64,000 bases of DNA from Octopus vulgaris (GCA_951406725.2 OX597820.1:62620001-62684000), one strand, 5' to 3'; counted from the stretch's first letter, positions 1 through 14,606 are shown. A program made the numbers and translations. Notes: generated by a model from the sequence alone, not told the origin.

Positions 1-765
1 TATAATAAAGCTTTAAAAGATAGTGGTTTTAGCGAAAAAATAAAATATACACCTATCACCAGCCCAACAATAAGGAAAAGGAATAATAGAAATAGGAAGG
101 TCATCTGGTTTACGCCCCCTTACTCACCCGAGGTGGCCTTCAATATAGGTAAATATTTCCTAGCACTGATAGATAGACATTTTCCAGTTAACCATGCTTA
201 TAGGAAACTCTTCAATAGACACAATTTAAAAATTAGTTTTAGTTCAACTACCAATTTTAAAAACATAATCAATCATAACATACAAAAAACACAAGAAGAA
301 AACAGCTGTTCATGCAGGAATAAAGAATTGTGCCCGCTAAATGGAGCTTGCATGTCCAAGACCATCATATATGAAGCTACCGTAAACTCTATAACCACTA
401 AAGACACCGTTTCGACGAAGAAATACGTGGGCCTGACAGAGGGTAATTTCAAGGCCAGGTTCAATAACCACACTTTGAGCTTTAGGCACTGGAACAAAAG
501 AAAAGCGACACAATTATCCAATCATATTTGGTCTTTAAGAGATAAAGGTGTCGATTATAACATACAATGGAAGATTTTGGCCAGATGTAAGCCCTATACT
601 AACGGCAGCGGAAGGTGCGGTTTATGCGACATGGAGAGATGGCTTATCTGGAAAAGCAGCTTAGACCCTACCACATGTCTAAATACAAGGACAGAGCTTT
701 TCGGATCATGCCCACATGTGACTAAATTTCTGTTACGTTTTTGGTCCCCTAAAGAAAACGGATAG
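1..765 (+). CDS. C-terminal part of a Penelope-like retroelement ORF (linker plus GIY-YIG endonuclease), probably Neptune/Nematis-like; runs off the window start
   Basis: Frame 1 is open from base 1 (YNKALKDSGF...RNRKVIWFTPPYSPEVAFNIGKYFLALIDRHF). It has a Cys-rich linker (CSCRNKELCPLNGAC), a GIY-YIG motif (IIYEATV...KYVGLTEGNFKARFNNH) and a C-terminal CGLC...E...LNTRTELFGSCPH, all typical of PLE endonucleases. Stop at 763-765. Confidence 0.9.
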   Translation, partial: YNKALKDSGFSEKIKYTPITSPTIRKRNNRNRKVIWFTPPYSPEVAFNIGKYFLALIDRHFPVNHAYRKLFNRHNLKISFSSTTNFKNIINHNIQKTQEENSCSCRNKELCPLNGACMSKTIIYEATVNSITTKDTVSTKKYVGLTEGNFKARFNNHTLSFRHWNKRKATQLSNHIWSLRDKGVDYNIQWKILARCKPYTNGSGRCGLCDMERWLIWKSSLDPTTCLNTRTELFGSCPHVTKFLLRFWSPKENG

Positions 766-949
766 AACATGCTTTCTGTGTTATGTCCCAAGAAGATTTT
801 ATATATTTTTATATATTTTTATATATTTTTATGTATTTTTATATAATTTTTATGACGAAAAATGCGAGCGATGTATAAGTACGCAGGCAAAGCAGAGTTA
901 TAACAGAGTAATTTCCCTTCATTTTTAACGGTATTTTTTCATAACGTTT

Positions 950-1118
950 TCAAATAGCCAGATAACCGAAGAGATGGTGTTGTGGATTTCCACTTCGGCA
1001 TCTGAAACTCAGAGTTTTATCTTGACTACCGAGTAATGTAACATATTGTATAGATAAATTTCCTCTATTTACATAATATTGAGGTCTCTTTCTTTCTTTT
1101 GTTATCTTACCGTTTTAT

Positions 1119-1120
<2 letters not shown>
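950..1120 (+). mobile_element. Penelope pseudo-LTR (3' tail) with a degenerate hammerhead (961-1021), ending in (TA)n
   Basis: Lies downstream of the PLE ORF. Reads GATAA-CCGAAGA-GATG...CATC-T-GAAAC-TCAGAG-TT-TTATC, is homologous to the inverted copy at 1381-1556, and abuts the TA microsatellite. Confidence 0.8.
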
Positions 1121-1157
<37 letters not shown>

Positions 1158-1191
1158 TATACATGCATAAATATACATATATATATATATG

Positions 1192-1237
<46 letters not shown>

Positions 1238-1276
1238 CATACACACACCAATATATATATATATATATATATACAT

Positions 1277-1321
<45 letters not shown>

Positions 1322-1380
1322 AATACATATACATACACGCACATATACACACATACATGTATTCATATGTATATATATAT
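1121..1380. repeat. (TA)n/(CA)n microsatellite between two converging pLTR tails
   Basis: Read directly from the sequence. Confidence 0.95.
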
Positions 1381-1556
1381 TGTTAAAAATGTTAAGACAA
1401 CAAAAGAAAGAAAGATACCTCGATATTATGTAAATACAGGAATTTATCTGTAAATGCAATATGTGACAATTATTCGGCAGCCATGATAAAACTCCGAGTT
1501 TCGGATGCCGATGTGGAAATCCACGCCGCCATCTCTCTAGTTACCCGGCTATTTTT
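1381..1556 (-). mobile_element. Inverted Penelope pseudo-LTR copy with a degenerate hammerhead (1485-1545)
   Basis: The reverse complement aligns to 950-1120. The core reads GGTAA-CTAGAGA-GATG...CATC-C-GAAAC-TCGGAG-TT-TTATC, so the CUGANGA box is mutated. Confidence 0.8.
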
Positions 1557-1566
1557 TCGATGGCCG

Positions 1567-1627
1567 GATAACTGAAGAGATGGCAGCGTAGATTTCCACC
1601 TCGGTATCCGAAACTCGGAGTTTTATC
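1567..1627 (+). ncRNA. Type I minimal hammerhead ribozyme with intact catalytic core
   Basis: Stem I is GATAA(1567-71)/TTATC(1623-27). Core CTGAAGA is at 1572-78. Stem II is GATG/TATC around an internal hairpin, with one extra C. GAAA is at 1610-13. Stem III is quasi-palindromic (AACTCGGAGTT) and the cleavage triplet is GUU. Confidence 0.8.
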
Positions 1628-1630
1628 ACA

Positions 1631-1812
1631 GCTGTGTGGTAAGTAGCTTGCTTACCAACCACATGGTTCCAGGTTCATTCTCACTGCGTTGCACCTTGGG
1701 CAAGTGTCTTCTACTATAGCCTCGGGCCGACCAAAACCTTGTGAGTGGATTTGGTAAACGGAAACTGAAAGAAGCCCGTCGTATCTCTCTCTCTCTCTAT
1801 CTATCTATTTAT

Positions 1813-1845
<33 letters not shown>

Positions 1846-1862
1846 AATCTATCTATCTATTC

Positions 1863-1910
<48 letters not shown>

Positions 1911-2048
1911 GTGTGTGTGTATGTTTGTGTGTCTGTGTTTGTCCCCCCAACATCACTTGACAACCAAAGAATAAGTCCTGGGGTCGATTTCTTCGACTAA
2001 GAAAATGGTGGCTGCACTCAAATTACTGGAAGAAGTAAAAGAATAAAA
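1631..2048 (+). mobile_element. tRNA-derived SINE family 1 (CORE-like CCTTGGGCAAGT motif, internal microsatellite)
   Basis: Has an A-box-like GCTGTGTGGTAAG, a B-box-like GGTTCA and CACCTTGGGCAAGTGTCTT. Multiple homologues occur in the window. Confidence 0.8.
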
Positions 2049-2313
2049 CAATTTATACACGCAGGCGCGCGGACACACACACTCCCATACACACAGATAT
2101 ATAATGTGAGTATGCATCTATATGTGTACGTGTGAATGCATGTATGTGTGCGCGTATGTGTATGTATGTAAAAGCATATGAGAATATGTCGATGTTTCGA
2201 AAAATCATAGAACACATTCTGAACACCATTATTTGCTACTATACACAAACTTAACACATACACAGAAGCACACGCACGCACTTACACACAAACATATATA
2301 TATATATATGTTC

Positions 2314-2347
<34 letters not shown>

Positions 2348-2351
<4 letters not shown>

Positions 2352-2627
2352 TGTTGCTATCAGATGTTGCTAAACATCGCTGGTCACAATTCGCTTCGCA
2401 ATGTTTTAGCCTTCAAGTGTCGCCACCCCGCTGGAAAAGCGAGCAGGCCAACAATGAGAGAAAGCTGTGGCGAAAGAGTACAGCAGGGATCGCTACCATA
2501 CTATACCGGAGGATCGTGGAGCTTTAGGTGTTTTCGATCAATAAACTCTCACAAAGCCCGGTCTGGGAATCAAAACCGCGATCCTACCACTGCGAATCCG
2601 CTGCCCTAACCACGGGACCAATGTGCC

Positions 2628-2630
<3 letters not shown>
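2348..2630 (-). mobile_element. tRNA-derived SINE family 3
   Basis: The reverse complement begins GAGGCACATTGGTCCCGTGGTTAGGGCAGCGGATTCGCAG...GGTTTTGATTCCC (A/B-box-like). Homologous to 43376-43482. Confidence 0.75.
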
Positions 2631-2665
<35 letters not shown>

Positions 2666-2724
2666 TATATTACGAATGTGTGTATCTTTCTCTCGCTCTC
2701 TCCCTCCTTCTCGCTCTCCATCTC

Positions 2725-2801
<77 letters not shown>

Positions 2802-3185
2802 GCATCTAGACATGATTGTAGTGAATTATTACTTGAACCTTTCTCTAGATATACAGCTACTTGAAAGTGCTCGAATCGCAGACACTTAAAATACACGGAA
2901 TTTCTAACATATAATCATATACTTTGTTACTTATGCAGATGCTTCTCACAAGATATTAAACCGAAAGTCTATAAACAGTTATGTATTTGCATCCAGACCA
3001 CTTGTGTATATACATAGATGCATGTATGTATACATATATACATGCATACCAACATACATCCATACATACATAGATACATACATATATATATGCAACTATA
3101 CGTATATATATATAGATTTATCTACATCTATATCTCGCTCTCTCTCCGCACTATGTTTATCTATACCCCTCCGCATATATATATT

Positions 3186-3233
<48 letters not shown>

Positions 3234-3274
3234 CATATATATATATATATACATACGTATATATATATACATAC

Positions 3275-3323
<49 letters not shown>

Positions 3324-3475
3324 CATATACATACATATACATACGTATACTCTCCCCCTTTCACACACGCGGGCGGTTATATAAATTCAAGTTTCTTTAT
3401 GTATATGAAAAAAAGTTAGTGTTATAACGTAGTAATATCAATAATAATAATAACAACAACAACAACACCAATAAC

Positions 3476-3559
<84 letters not shown>

Positions 3560-4480
3560 GTTACAACAACCACAACAACAGGAATAATTTTGGTAATACT
3601 AATCAATACAACAAGAGGATTAATATAACATAAGCTGAAAAGAGCACAGTGAAATGTAATCCCTAAGCAATCACAATCCTGGTTTTTCACAGGAAAAAGC
3701 AAGGCCTATGAGTTGGGCCAACTCGTAAAAATCTCGTAAAATCTCGTAAGATATCGTGAAATATCAAATATCAGGAAAGCTTGTATTTGTAGTGTGTGTG
3801 CTTTTATAGTAATATCATTATATCACGTAAGTATGGATTTTATAGTCTTTTTGTTTTTTTACTCTAACATTTCTGAACGCAGCTGGATGTGTTACTTCTG
3901 CAGACTGTGGGATTTCATTTATCGAAAACGTAATTTGTGTGAAGATTATGGTTGGTGTTTATGCGCATCTGTGTATGTGTGTATGTGGTGTGTGCGTGTG
4001 ATTAGCGTCATACAGTCTATTTATTTTATGTTTTGATTCAAATTCGTATATCATTTATGGTAGATAATAAATTCAACGAAGAGAGAATAATAAAGAAACG
4101 CTATTTTTCTGCATGCCTACTCGCCTTCATATAATCTATGCAGTATATTCTTATTCGATACTCAATACTACATATGTATATAAGCCAAGTTCGAGCCTTC
4201 ATTAGTTTATCCTACACAGGCCTTAGAACTTCACGTTATCATGAATCATTACTGTTTTATGCATTTACGGGTGTGGTATCGTGGGTATCTTTAATATCAA
4301 AAACAGACGTTTTGGGTCCTTTGTTTAGATCCAGTAGCTAGAACTACCGTTGGACTTTGTATCAATAAGAAAATTTTGACATGGTTCCTCTACCTTCTGT
4401 GTATAGCAGAAAAAGACATTTTGAGCATGGGTCTATTCATTAACAGGAACAAAAGCTAAACCGTATATAAAATATATATA

Positions 4481-4710
4481 AAGGCGGCGAGTTGGCAGAA
4501 ACATTAGCACGCCGGGTGAAATGCTTATCGGTATTTCGTCTGCCGTTACGTTCTGGGTTCAAATTCCGCCGAGGTTGACTTTGCCTTTCATCCTTTCGAG
4601 GTCGATGAATTAAGTATCAGTTACGCACTGGGATCGATGTAATCGACTTAATCTCTTTATCCTTGTTTGTCCCCTCTATGTTTAGCCCCTTGTGGGCAAT
4701 AAAGAAATAA
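4481..4710 (+). mobile_element. SINE family 2 (AAGGCGGCGAG(C/T)TGGCAGAA head; GACTTTGCCTTTCATCCTTTC central domain)
   Basis: Has a B-box GTTCAAATTCC. The central domain resembles the Nin/Deu-type SINE core (from memory). The 14-bp sequence GGAACAAAAGCTAA is repeated on both sides (4446 and 4711). Confidence 0.8.
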
Positions 4711-5019
4711 GGAACAAAAGCTAAGCAATATGAGCAAAAACGATTTTTATTTCGTTCCTGAAGCTGCTAGAAACAGAAACCTAAATCTATATATATATAT
4801 ATATGAAGTGGGATCGTATCTTAAGTAAAAACACATTGGATCATACATTTAAATGCAATCCGAAAAAGATGAGTCGATCAAAGCAGTAGAATATTTTTGA
4901 CAAAATATTCACTTTATCGTGTGTTGTTACATGAACAAAACCTGAACATTAGCCAGAAAGGAGGCAATAGATAATGCGACGCTAAATAACGCTGAGCAGT
5001 GATAATTATTTCAAATGAT

Positions 5020-5222
5020 TTGCCACAAGGGCAACTCTGGGGAGGTGAGGATGATTTGATGACATCGACCCCAGAATTCAACTGGTACTTATTTTAGCGA
5101 CCCCGAAAGTATGTAAGGCAAGATCGATCTCGGCGGAATTCGAACTCAGAATGTAGCGAAGGGTAAAATACCGCTAAGCCTCTCGTCCGGCACCGCTAAT
5201 GATTCTGCCAGCTCGCCGCCTT
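5020..5222 (-). mobile_element. SINE family 2
   Basis: Reverse-complement match to 4481-4710. Confidence 0.75.
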
Positions 5223-5462
5223 CAGCGGCGAGAATGATGAGAGGCTGAATGCCTTTGAAGGTAAGGTTTCCCAGTCTTGCTACACCTGACTTTAATAATA
5301 GTAGTTTATTGACTTTCTATATTCCAGACTTTGCTTTGTACATTCATAAGTGAGAAACTTTCGTTCAAGTTACCTTAGACGTGTAATACAAATTTTGACT
5401 TCTATAAGAGTCTCCCTCTCGTAATTTCTCTTTATGTCTGTCTATATTTTTCTGTGTGTGTG

Positions 5463-5517
<55 letters not shown>

Positions 5518-6626
5518 TTTTATTCTCTTTATATGTTTCAGGCCAAAGTCTGTGGCCATGCTGGAGCATTGACTTTTGGTGAAGGGGCGAGTTCGATAAA
5601 ACTGCTCTCTTGAGTTTCTTGCCGTGATATAGGGTCATCAGGCAACTTGGACAGCAACGAAATAGTATTTTGTTTTGCTATTATACTATACTTCAATGTA
5701 GATTACAGTATTGCAAGTCAATATTGTCTCTCCCTTTCATTTGGTAGTGCAATGTTCTGTCTTTTAAGTTTACCTTTATACATTCTCTATTCAAATCAGA
5801 GCCAGCACTGCAAACTGCAACGTTGTGTAACCGAATGCGTCTATGTAAAGTGTGCGACCGAGAGGATAGCAAAAGCAGGTAATGGTTTTATACACATTAC
5901 ACCGAATTCTTGATGTTTTATCAACAACACAGAAAGACCATAAGCTACCCATTATATATATATGTGTGTATGTATGTATGTATGTATGTATGTATGTATG
6001 TATGTATGTATGTATGTATGTATGTATATATACACACACAGACGGACGATGATATACTCAGCAGAATTTATTCAATCATTTGCTTTTTTAATGGTATTAA
6101 TAATTGGTGTCTGGTTATTTTAAAACACCGCTTTCGTGTTGAGACATCGATCTCATTATACTCCGTTCTCCTTCCGGCGCTATGTATATTTATATGCAGA
6201 AACTAAGCTTTAAATATTTAAAGTATGATCTCTCAAAACGACACACCAATCTTTCTTGATCAAACGTTAACATTCTTCAAAAGTTTTTAACTAAACATTA
6301 TTTATAACATTTTCTAACCTCAACCTACATTTCAAACTACTTTAGAGTATGTTAGTGCTTATTAAAATTCAAACTTGAACCAGCCACATTCTGAGAAAAT
6401 TGTTAAAAGATTTTATATGCACAAAAACACACATATAGACCTGATTATACACAGCGGCAAAAATCCCACAAGCAGAATCACCTCGTTGATTAATGCACCT
6501 ACTCACATCTCAAGACGTACATACGCCGGCCAGCATATAATATATATATATAAGTGTAAGCATACTTACCTCTCTATACATATGCGCATATGTTGACGCA
6601 TGAAATGTTTAGATAGCCGTAGATTG

Positions 6627-6767
<141 letters not shown>

Positions 6768-7447
6768 CATATATATACATACATAACACATTCACATACA
6801 CACACACTTGTGCATTTATGAAAAATGTATGTGCGTACATACATATATATATATATGTATATATATTATTTTCTATCTTGATGTCTACGTATGTGTGTGT
6901 GTGTTTGCTTGTGTGTGCGCGTGCGTGCGTGCGTGTGTGTTTGTGTGTGTCTATGCACATTTATGTATTATATATCTATATTATAAAAATACATTTTATC
7001 AAAAGAAATTTCCAGATGAAAAGATATTGAAGTTTTCTTCAATGGTTTAGTTAGAAAATATTTTCTTTAGTATTCGTTATTTTAATAGAATTGTATTATT
7101 TTAATAAGCTTTAGCATTTATCAATAATAAAGCTACTACCTATTAATCAATCAACCTAACTTCATATAATGATAGAAATACACCATTCGCGTGTCACATG
7201 CTGGTACACACGACCACACACGCCCACATAATTCGAGTTTGAAATCCGAATGTGAGGAGCAAAAGAATGACTTAAGAAGTATATAAATACTATTTATCTC
7301 CAGTTAGGTATCGAGCAGTCTTTTTTTTTTTTCGACAGTCAAATACCACTCGTGTATATCAAATATACGAACGTAATCATGCATGCAGACAAACGCACAC
7401 ATTTTAATATAATAAACCCCATGTACAAAATAATAATAATAATAATG

Positions 7448-7485
<38 letters not shown>

Positions 7486-7498
7486 CATAATCATAATC

Positions 7499-8198
<700 letters not shown>

Positions 8199-8239
8199 AA
8201 CGATGATGAAAATAATAATAATAATAATAATAATAATAT

Positions 8240-8900
8240 CTCTCCCAAAGTAAGGAAATCTTATTAATGTCAGTTAGGAATGAGGGGGTATTGAAAGTAG
8301 AGGAAAAAGGACAAACAAAGAAAGAAGTACAAAAAGATCTGAAAAATCATTACGCAACGGGAGAAGACATAATCAATTCCATGTATCCACAATTGAAGTT
8401 TCCTGAAAATATAGCTGGGATTGGCTGAAGAAAGGGACACTGAACAAAGTGATTCAGAGCTGTATGCTGGCAGTGAAGACTAAGCTTTGGCCAAAAATTG
8501 GAGGGTCAACCTTTGGAATGAACAAGTGTCTCCGCTGTGCCGCCTCTATAACAGAGTGAAGGAAACCATTCCTATGTTGCAAACGAATGCCCTAAACGTG
8601 CCCCAAACCATTACAAGTTGTGGCGACACGATGAGGTTGCCAAAGTGTGCAAAAGGTGGAGGCTAGAAAGAGACAAGATGTGGTATGAGCACAAACCGCA
8701 GGGAGGGCGGAGTTGGAGACTTGCAAAATTCCCAATGGGATATCCCAATCAAAACAGATCAAGTGCTAGGGTATAACAGACAGGACCTAGTGGTTGATCG
8801 ACAAGACGCACAACATGTGCTATACAGTTCATGTAGCGTGCCTATTTGACTTACGAATAGTCAAGACGGAAGGCGAAAAAATAGATGCATACAATCCAAT
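8240..8900 (+). mobile_element. R4/Dong-like internal fragment (CCHC finger and RLE start), decayed
   Basis: Translates as WLKKGTL...CRL...ETI...ECPK.A...YK..RHDEVAK...WYEHKP...TDQVLGYNRQDLV and follows an (AAT)n tract. Confidence 0.8.
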
Positions 8901-9892
8901 ATTATATTTCTTGGTTGGTAAGTCGAAAATAAAGTTGTTATACATTGGGACTTAGATACAAATTTATGATGGGTTCATAAATAGGAAATAGAGTAGAATT
9001 CCTGTCTAGAAGAGAAGCAACTCTTAGTTTTCAATTGGAACAAGGATTTGAATGCACACGGAGCTCCGAAATATATTTCTGAGCTTGTGCGCCGGAAATC
9101 CGAAACTAAGAGAAAGGAAAACATTTTTTGTATTGAGTAGTTTTAATATCCATATTCCTACACATGTTTCATAGGGGTGGGGAAATAACAGAGGAAGTGA
9201 CATCCTTTCTATCTATGCTTGTAGAATACATTCGCACAAAAGCTCACTCATAATCCATACTTTAAATATACTCATCCATATATATATATAAATATAATAA
9301 ATTGTGTGTGAGGAGGAAGGGAGAACGAGGTGATAACTAATGGAGAAACAAACGGAGTGATGCTATAAACACGGAAAGATGCATGAGAAGGATCCTGAAA
9401 ACAAACTTGAAAATCCGGACCTCTTAGGAGAAACAGGTTGGAGAAACTACAATTGCACAACTCAAAGTTTAAAAAACATACGAATATTATGTCTAAGAAT
9501 AGGTTTTCAAAGAGTGTATTAGGTAATGATAAGACTTTAGAAGTGTTGAATTTGAGAATGGATTTTCTCTCGTATATGCAAAGAACGAAGTAATACATAA
9601 ATATCTTTTCAGCATGTTCCTTAGAGTTGGTCTTTAATCTATTATGCTTTGGTAGCATCCCTGCTAACCATTTCGGTATATTTTGGATTTTCGGAAGTGT
9701 TCTAATTGTTGTCAAACCATATCGACTTTCTAAGAACTTTTGCGCATGTTTTCAATATTTTAGAAAGGGGCATTGCATTTGTAGGAAATCCACTTGAAGT
9801 ATTCAATGTGAACATACACACATGCACGTGCACCCTTGTGCATGTATGCATATATATAAATCCATATCTGTATATAAATATAAATATATATG

Positions 9893-9942
<50 letters not shown>

Positions 9943-10128
9943 TGTATGTATGTATGTATGTATGTACACATATACATACACCAATATACTTACATACATA
10001 TGCACAGTGAGATTTATGCGTCACTAAATTTTGTTGCCACTTGCCCAACACATTTACAATAGAATTTGGTTGATGGAAACTGTAGGTGATCCGATTGTAT
10101 GTAAGTATGGGAATACTGAGAATATTGG

Positions 10129-10178
<50 letters not shown>

Positions 10179-11098
10179 GCACACACACATATAAAATATT
10201 AACATGCGTGTATGTATACATATATATTTATATTCATACATATATATGTATATAAATAAGTAGATGATGATGATGATGATGATGATAAGCAGAAAAATTT
10301 TAATAATATTACGTATATTTTTCAATGATGTTGACGTATATTTGTGATGCATAAAAAGTCATCAGGAAAACAGAAAAAAAAAATACATCACAACTTGCAT
10401 ATGACGTCGCTTTGTGATATTTCTTGTGCACACGAATTAGTTATATTTCCTTCCTACACTCCAGGTAAAAATTCAGTGAATGACTTAGTTTCCAGTTGTA
10501 ATGCTGAAACCATCGGCGCTCTCGTTACCCAATACAAATATTAACTTAATGCAGCACCTTCATAGCATAGACAATTCTGTTCTTGATATGTACACGGAAT
10601 CTGTGCCTGGGTTTTACACAATGACTTCACTGTATTTACAGAGTGTTTAAGTGTTTATATTTTCACAAACATTCGGACGACAGCAATCGTCTGCGCACAG
10701 AAAACCCCTTACCTTCTTATGTTGCTTATTAGTGAAGCAGTTCATGCTGTAATTTCTTCCTCAGGTACCCGTTTTTGTACTAATAAAATTTATACAAAAT
10801 TTTAATCTATCTATCTATCTGTCTGCCTGCCTGTCTGTCTCTCTATCTTTGTATGTATATAGATAGATAGATAAATAGAAAGGAAGATATACATGTATAT
10901 CTATATGTGTGTCAGTGTGTATCAATATTTGTCCCTCCACCACTGCTTGACAACCGGTGTTGGTGTGTTTGTGTACCCGTAACTTAGCAGTTTGGCAAAA
11001 GAGGACGATAGGAAATGTACGAAGATTAAAAAAAGCATAGCTGCATTCTCAAGACTAAAACATATAAGGGATAATATATATATATATATATATAGTCA

Positions 11099-11257
11099 CA
11101 GGCGTGGCTGTGTGGTAAGAAACTTGCTTCCCAATGACATAGTTCCAGGTTCAGTTCCACTGCGTGGCACCGTGGGTAGGAGGTCTCATCTATAGTCGCG
11201 GGCCGACCAAAGATTTGTGAGTAGATTTGGTAGGCGGACACTTAAAGAATCCTGTCG

Positions 11258-11288
<31 letters not shown>

Positions 11289-11519
11289 TTGTTTGTATAT
11301 ATATATATTTGTTTGTATGTGTGTGTGCGTGTGTGTTTGTGACACCCACCGCTTGACAACAGGTGTTGGTATATTTACGCTACCATAACTTAGAGGTTTG
11401 TCAAAAGAGACCGATAGAATAAGTACTTAGCTTTAAAAAAAGTCCTGCGGTCGATTTGTTCGACAAAATGCCGTGCTCCAGTATGGCCGCAGTCAAAAGA
11501 AATGAAACAGGTAAATGAA
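11099..11519 (+). mobile_element. SINE family 1, near full length (preceded by a partial copy at ~10925-11030)
   Basis: Homologous to 22780-23246 and 61279-61677. Confidence 0.8.
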
Positions 11520-11664
11520 TATCTGAAACGGAATCATTTATTTAGACACTGGAACTTCTAAAATATACCTACAATAAAACCGAACATCTAATTAAAAGGA
11601 ACATCTAATTATTTCTCATATTGAGTATTATACGTACGTGTTGTCAATCAAGATATACTATACT

Positions 11665-12095
11665 TAGGCGGTGAGCTGGCAGAAACGTTAGCACGCCGGG
11701 CGAAATGCTTAGCGGTATTTTGTCTGCCGCTACGTTCTGAGTTCAAATTCCGCCGAGGTCGACTTTGCCTTTCATCCTTTCGGAGTCGATAAATTAAGTA
11801 CCAGTTACGCACTGGATTCGATGTATTCAACTTAATCCCTTTATCTGTCCTTGTTAGCCCCTTCTATGTTTTTAGCCCCTTGTGGGCAATAAAGCAATAA
11901 GAAACGTTGGCACGCCAGCTGAATTGCTTGGCGGTATTTTGTGTCTTTATGCTCTCAGTTCAAACTCCATCGAGGTCGACTTTGCCTTTTCTCCTTTCGA
12001 GGTCGATAAAATAAATACCAGTTGAGCACTAGGGTAGATCTAATCGGCTGGCCCCCTCCCTCAAAATTTCGGGTCTTGTGCCTAGAGAAGAAAAG
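11665..12095 (+). mobile_element. Two tandem SINE family 2 copies (11665-11900 and 11900-12095)
   Basis: The head GAAACGTT(A/G)GCACGCC and the GAGGTCGACTTTGCCTT core are each repeated. Confidence 0.8.
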
Positions 12096-12536
12096 ATATA
12101 CTATGCTTGAACATAATGCTCTTTGAGGTTTGTTCAGTGGGTAAAGAAAAGCAAAGAATTCCTGAAGAATATTCAACACCAAGAAGAACAAGTTTTTGTA
12201 ATAAAACGGAATGAACTTCGTCCCAGACACGTCCCTAAATTGCTGAAATTTCTCAATTACTTGGAGTGAAAACAAATGAATTGTTGAACCAATGTATTTG
12301 CGATCAAGTGCGTGGAGGAATAAACAAGCATTCCGAATATATAAATGACATTGGAAACAAACAGAAAAATTGAACAAACAAATTCAATGGAAAATAGATT
12401 TCATATTATAAATATTTTTTTATCTGCAGTTAATCTCTCTTCATATATTTTCCACATTAAAAATTTACTCCTCGTTTAGACGTGTTTTTTGGTACACACA
12501 TACATACCTATATACATATGCATGTACATACATACA

Positions 12537-12641
<105 letters not shown>

Positions 12642-13772
12642 GTATATACACACAAACGCACATATATATTATATTATATATGCATATATAGATGTATATA
12701 TATGTGTATGTATGTACATAAATATATACGTATATGTATTCACAGATAAACACGCATATATACATATATACATACATATACACACACACTCACACACATA
12801 TATATACATATATATAAGTATGTATGAGTATGCATATATATACACACATTTATATTTATGTATGTATATGTATTTGTATATACACCTAAATAATACAAAC
12901 ACATACATTCATACTTCCACTCACATATTTCTATATGCACCTCTCTGTGTGTGCACACCAATACATACCCAAGTGTATACACTTTATATACTTTCCAACA
13001 GACGTATGATCACAGCCACATACACACACATACTCAAATATATATTAAAATTGTATATTTAATCTAAGTTTATCAGATATGTATAAACATAAACATAACT
13101 TTGTTTTGGCAATGTTTACCATAATAAAGTTTATTTGTTGGATTAGAATTTAATCTTGGTTTCAAATTGATGTTGAAGCAGGTTATATAAGTGTTGTTGC
13201 AGTCGCCGTCATCGTCATCGTTGCTGTAATTGGTTAGCACAAGGTCGTGCCAAAACAAGACAACTCCATGTGTTTGCTCAGAAATGTGCAAATAATTTAT
13301 TTTCTTAACATGGGAGGTTTTAGCCGCTAATTTCTGCTGGGACAGAGATAATACAAAAGCTCTAACACTTAATTTAATAGATCCCTTCCTGTCTTTTGTA
13401 AATGTTGTTTTTGTTGTTGTTAAATTCCGAAATTCATAAACGCATGCTTCGCAACTATGTTCTAGTGTCATTATCATAGAAGCATATATAGCAATACATT
13501 AGCCCTTATCTAGTTCAGATCATGTACTGTTTTCCAAGGATTACAAGGGTCGCTATAACAGAAAAACACTTCTCCTAAGAAGCGCCTGAGCCTTTCAGAT
13601 AATTGTAACGTGGAAAGAGACTACGGAATCTACGTAGCTTGCGTTGATATTCTGTTTGTCGTCACTGGCTCTCATGACTTCTGATCTTAACTGATTGGAA
13701 ATGTCATCATGCACATGTTATGTCTTGGTGTAAAAGATGGTCAACTGCAAATATTCTGCTCAATACCACAAT

Positions 13773-14326
13773 GCTCTGATGCAATACCAGGCGGTGGCTC
13801 TCATGGGTTCTAATCTTAACTGATTGGAAGTGTTATCATGTGTATGTTTTGTCTTGGTGTAAAAGATGGGCAACAGCAAATGTTCTGCTCAATACCACAG
13901 TTTTGCTTGTCAGTTGCTTGACGAACTTAACCATTTGAGTATGTCTCTTAGAGGGTGATGGTATGTGCATCTCTGAGCACGAGTATAAGTAGTGGGGGAG
14001 CATCATAGCCATGTTCTGAAAGGACTGCTATAGGATTTGAATTCACCTTTCGAAACATGGGTACTTTGTTCAACATCCTTAAACAATCCTTATTAGTGGA
14101 CCTTTTGAGCAAGATGGACTACTCGACGTGAAGAAAAATTCTAACTGGGCCCCACCTGCAAGGTCATGCGTTATTTGTCTTGATATGATATCACCATTTC
14201 GCGGACATATGTTTGTGATGCATGTGCCTGGTTTACTTTTATCAAACGGGTAGTCATGATGGCTATACTGGGGTTCGTATACTTTACCCCAGTGTCACTT
14301 TGATGGCATTCGCTACTCTCTCACTC
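13773..14326 (+). mobile_element. ~555-nt non-coding (TAA)n-associated element, copy 1 (most diverged), preceded by a duplicate of its 5' ~105 nt at 13666-13770
   Basis: Colinear with the copies at 15335, 39186 and 43951. Ends in CTCTCTCACTC-(AAT)n. Confidence 0.85.
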
Positions 14327-14399
<73 letters not shown>

Positions 14400-14450
14400 G
14401 TAGTAGTAATAATAATAGTAATAATAATAATAATAATAATTGTAATAGTA

Positions 14451-14526
<76 letters not shown>

Positions 14527-14606
14527 TGATGATAATAATAATAATAATAACAATAACCATTTGAGTATGTCTCTTAGAGGCTGAGGGTATGTTCATCTCT
14601 GAGCAC

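Noticed and set aside
2540-2630. tRNA gene
   Set aside because: It is only the tRNA-like head of a multi-copy SINE, with no complete cloverleaf.
9272-9790. 147-aa minus-strand ORF, possibly a decayed PLE N-terminus
   Set aside because: No diagnostic motif that I can recognise with confidence.
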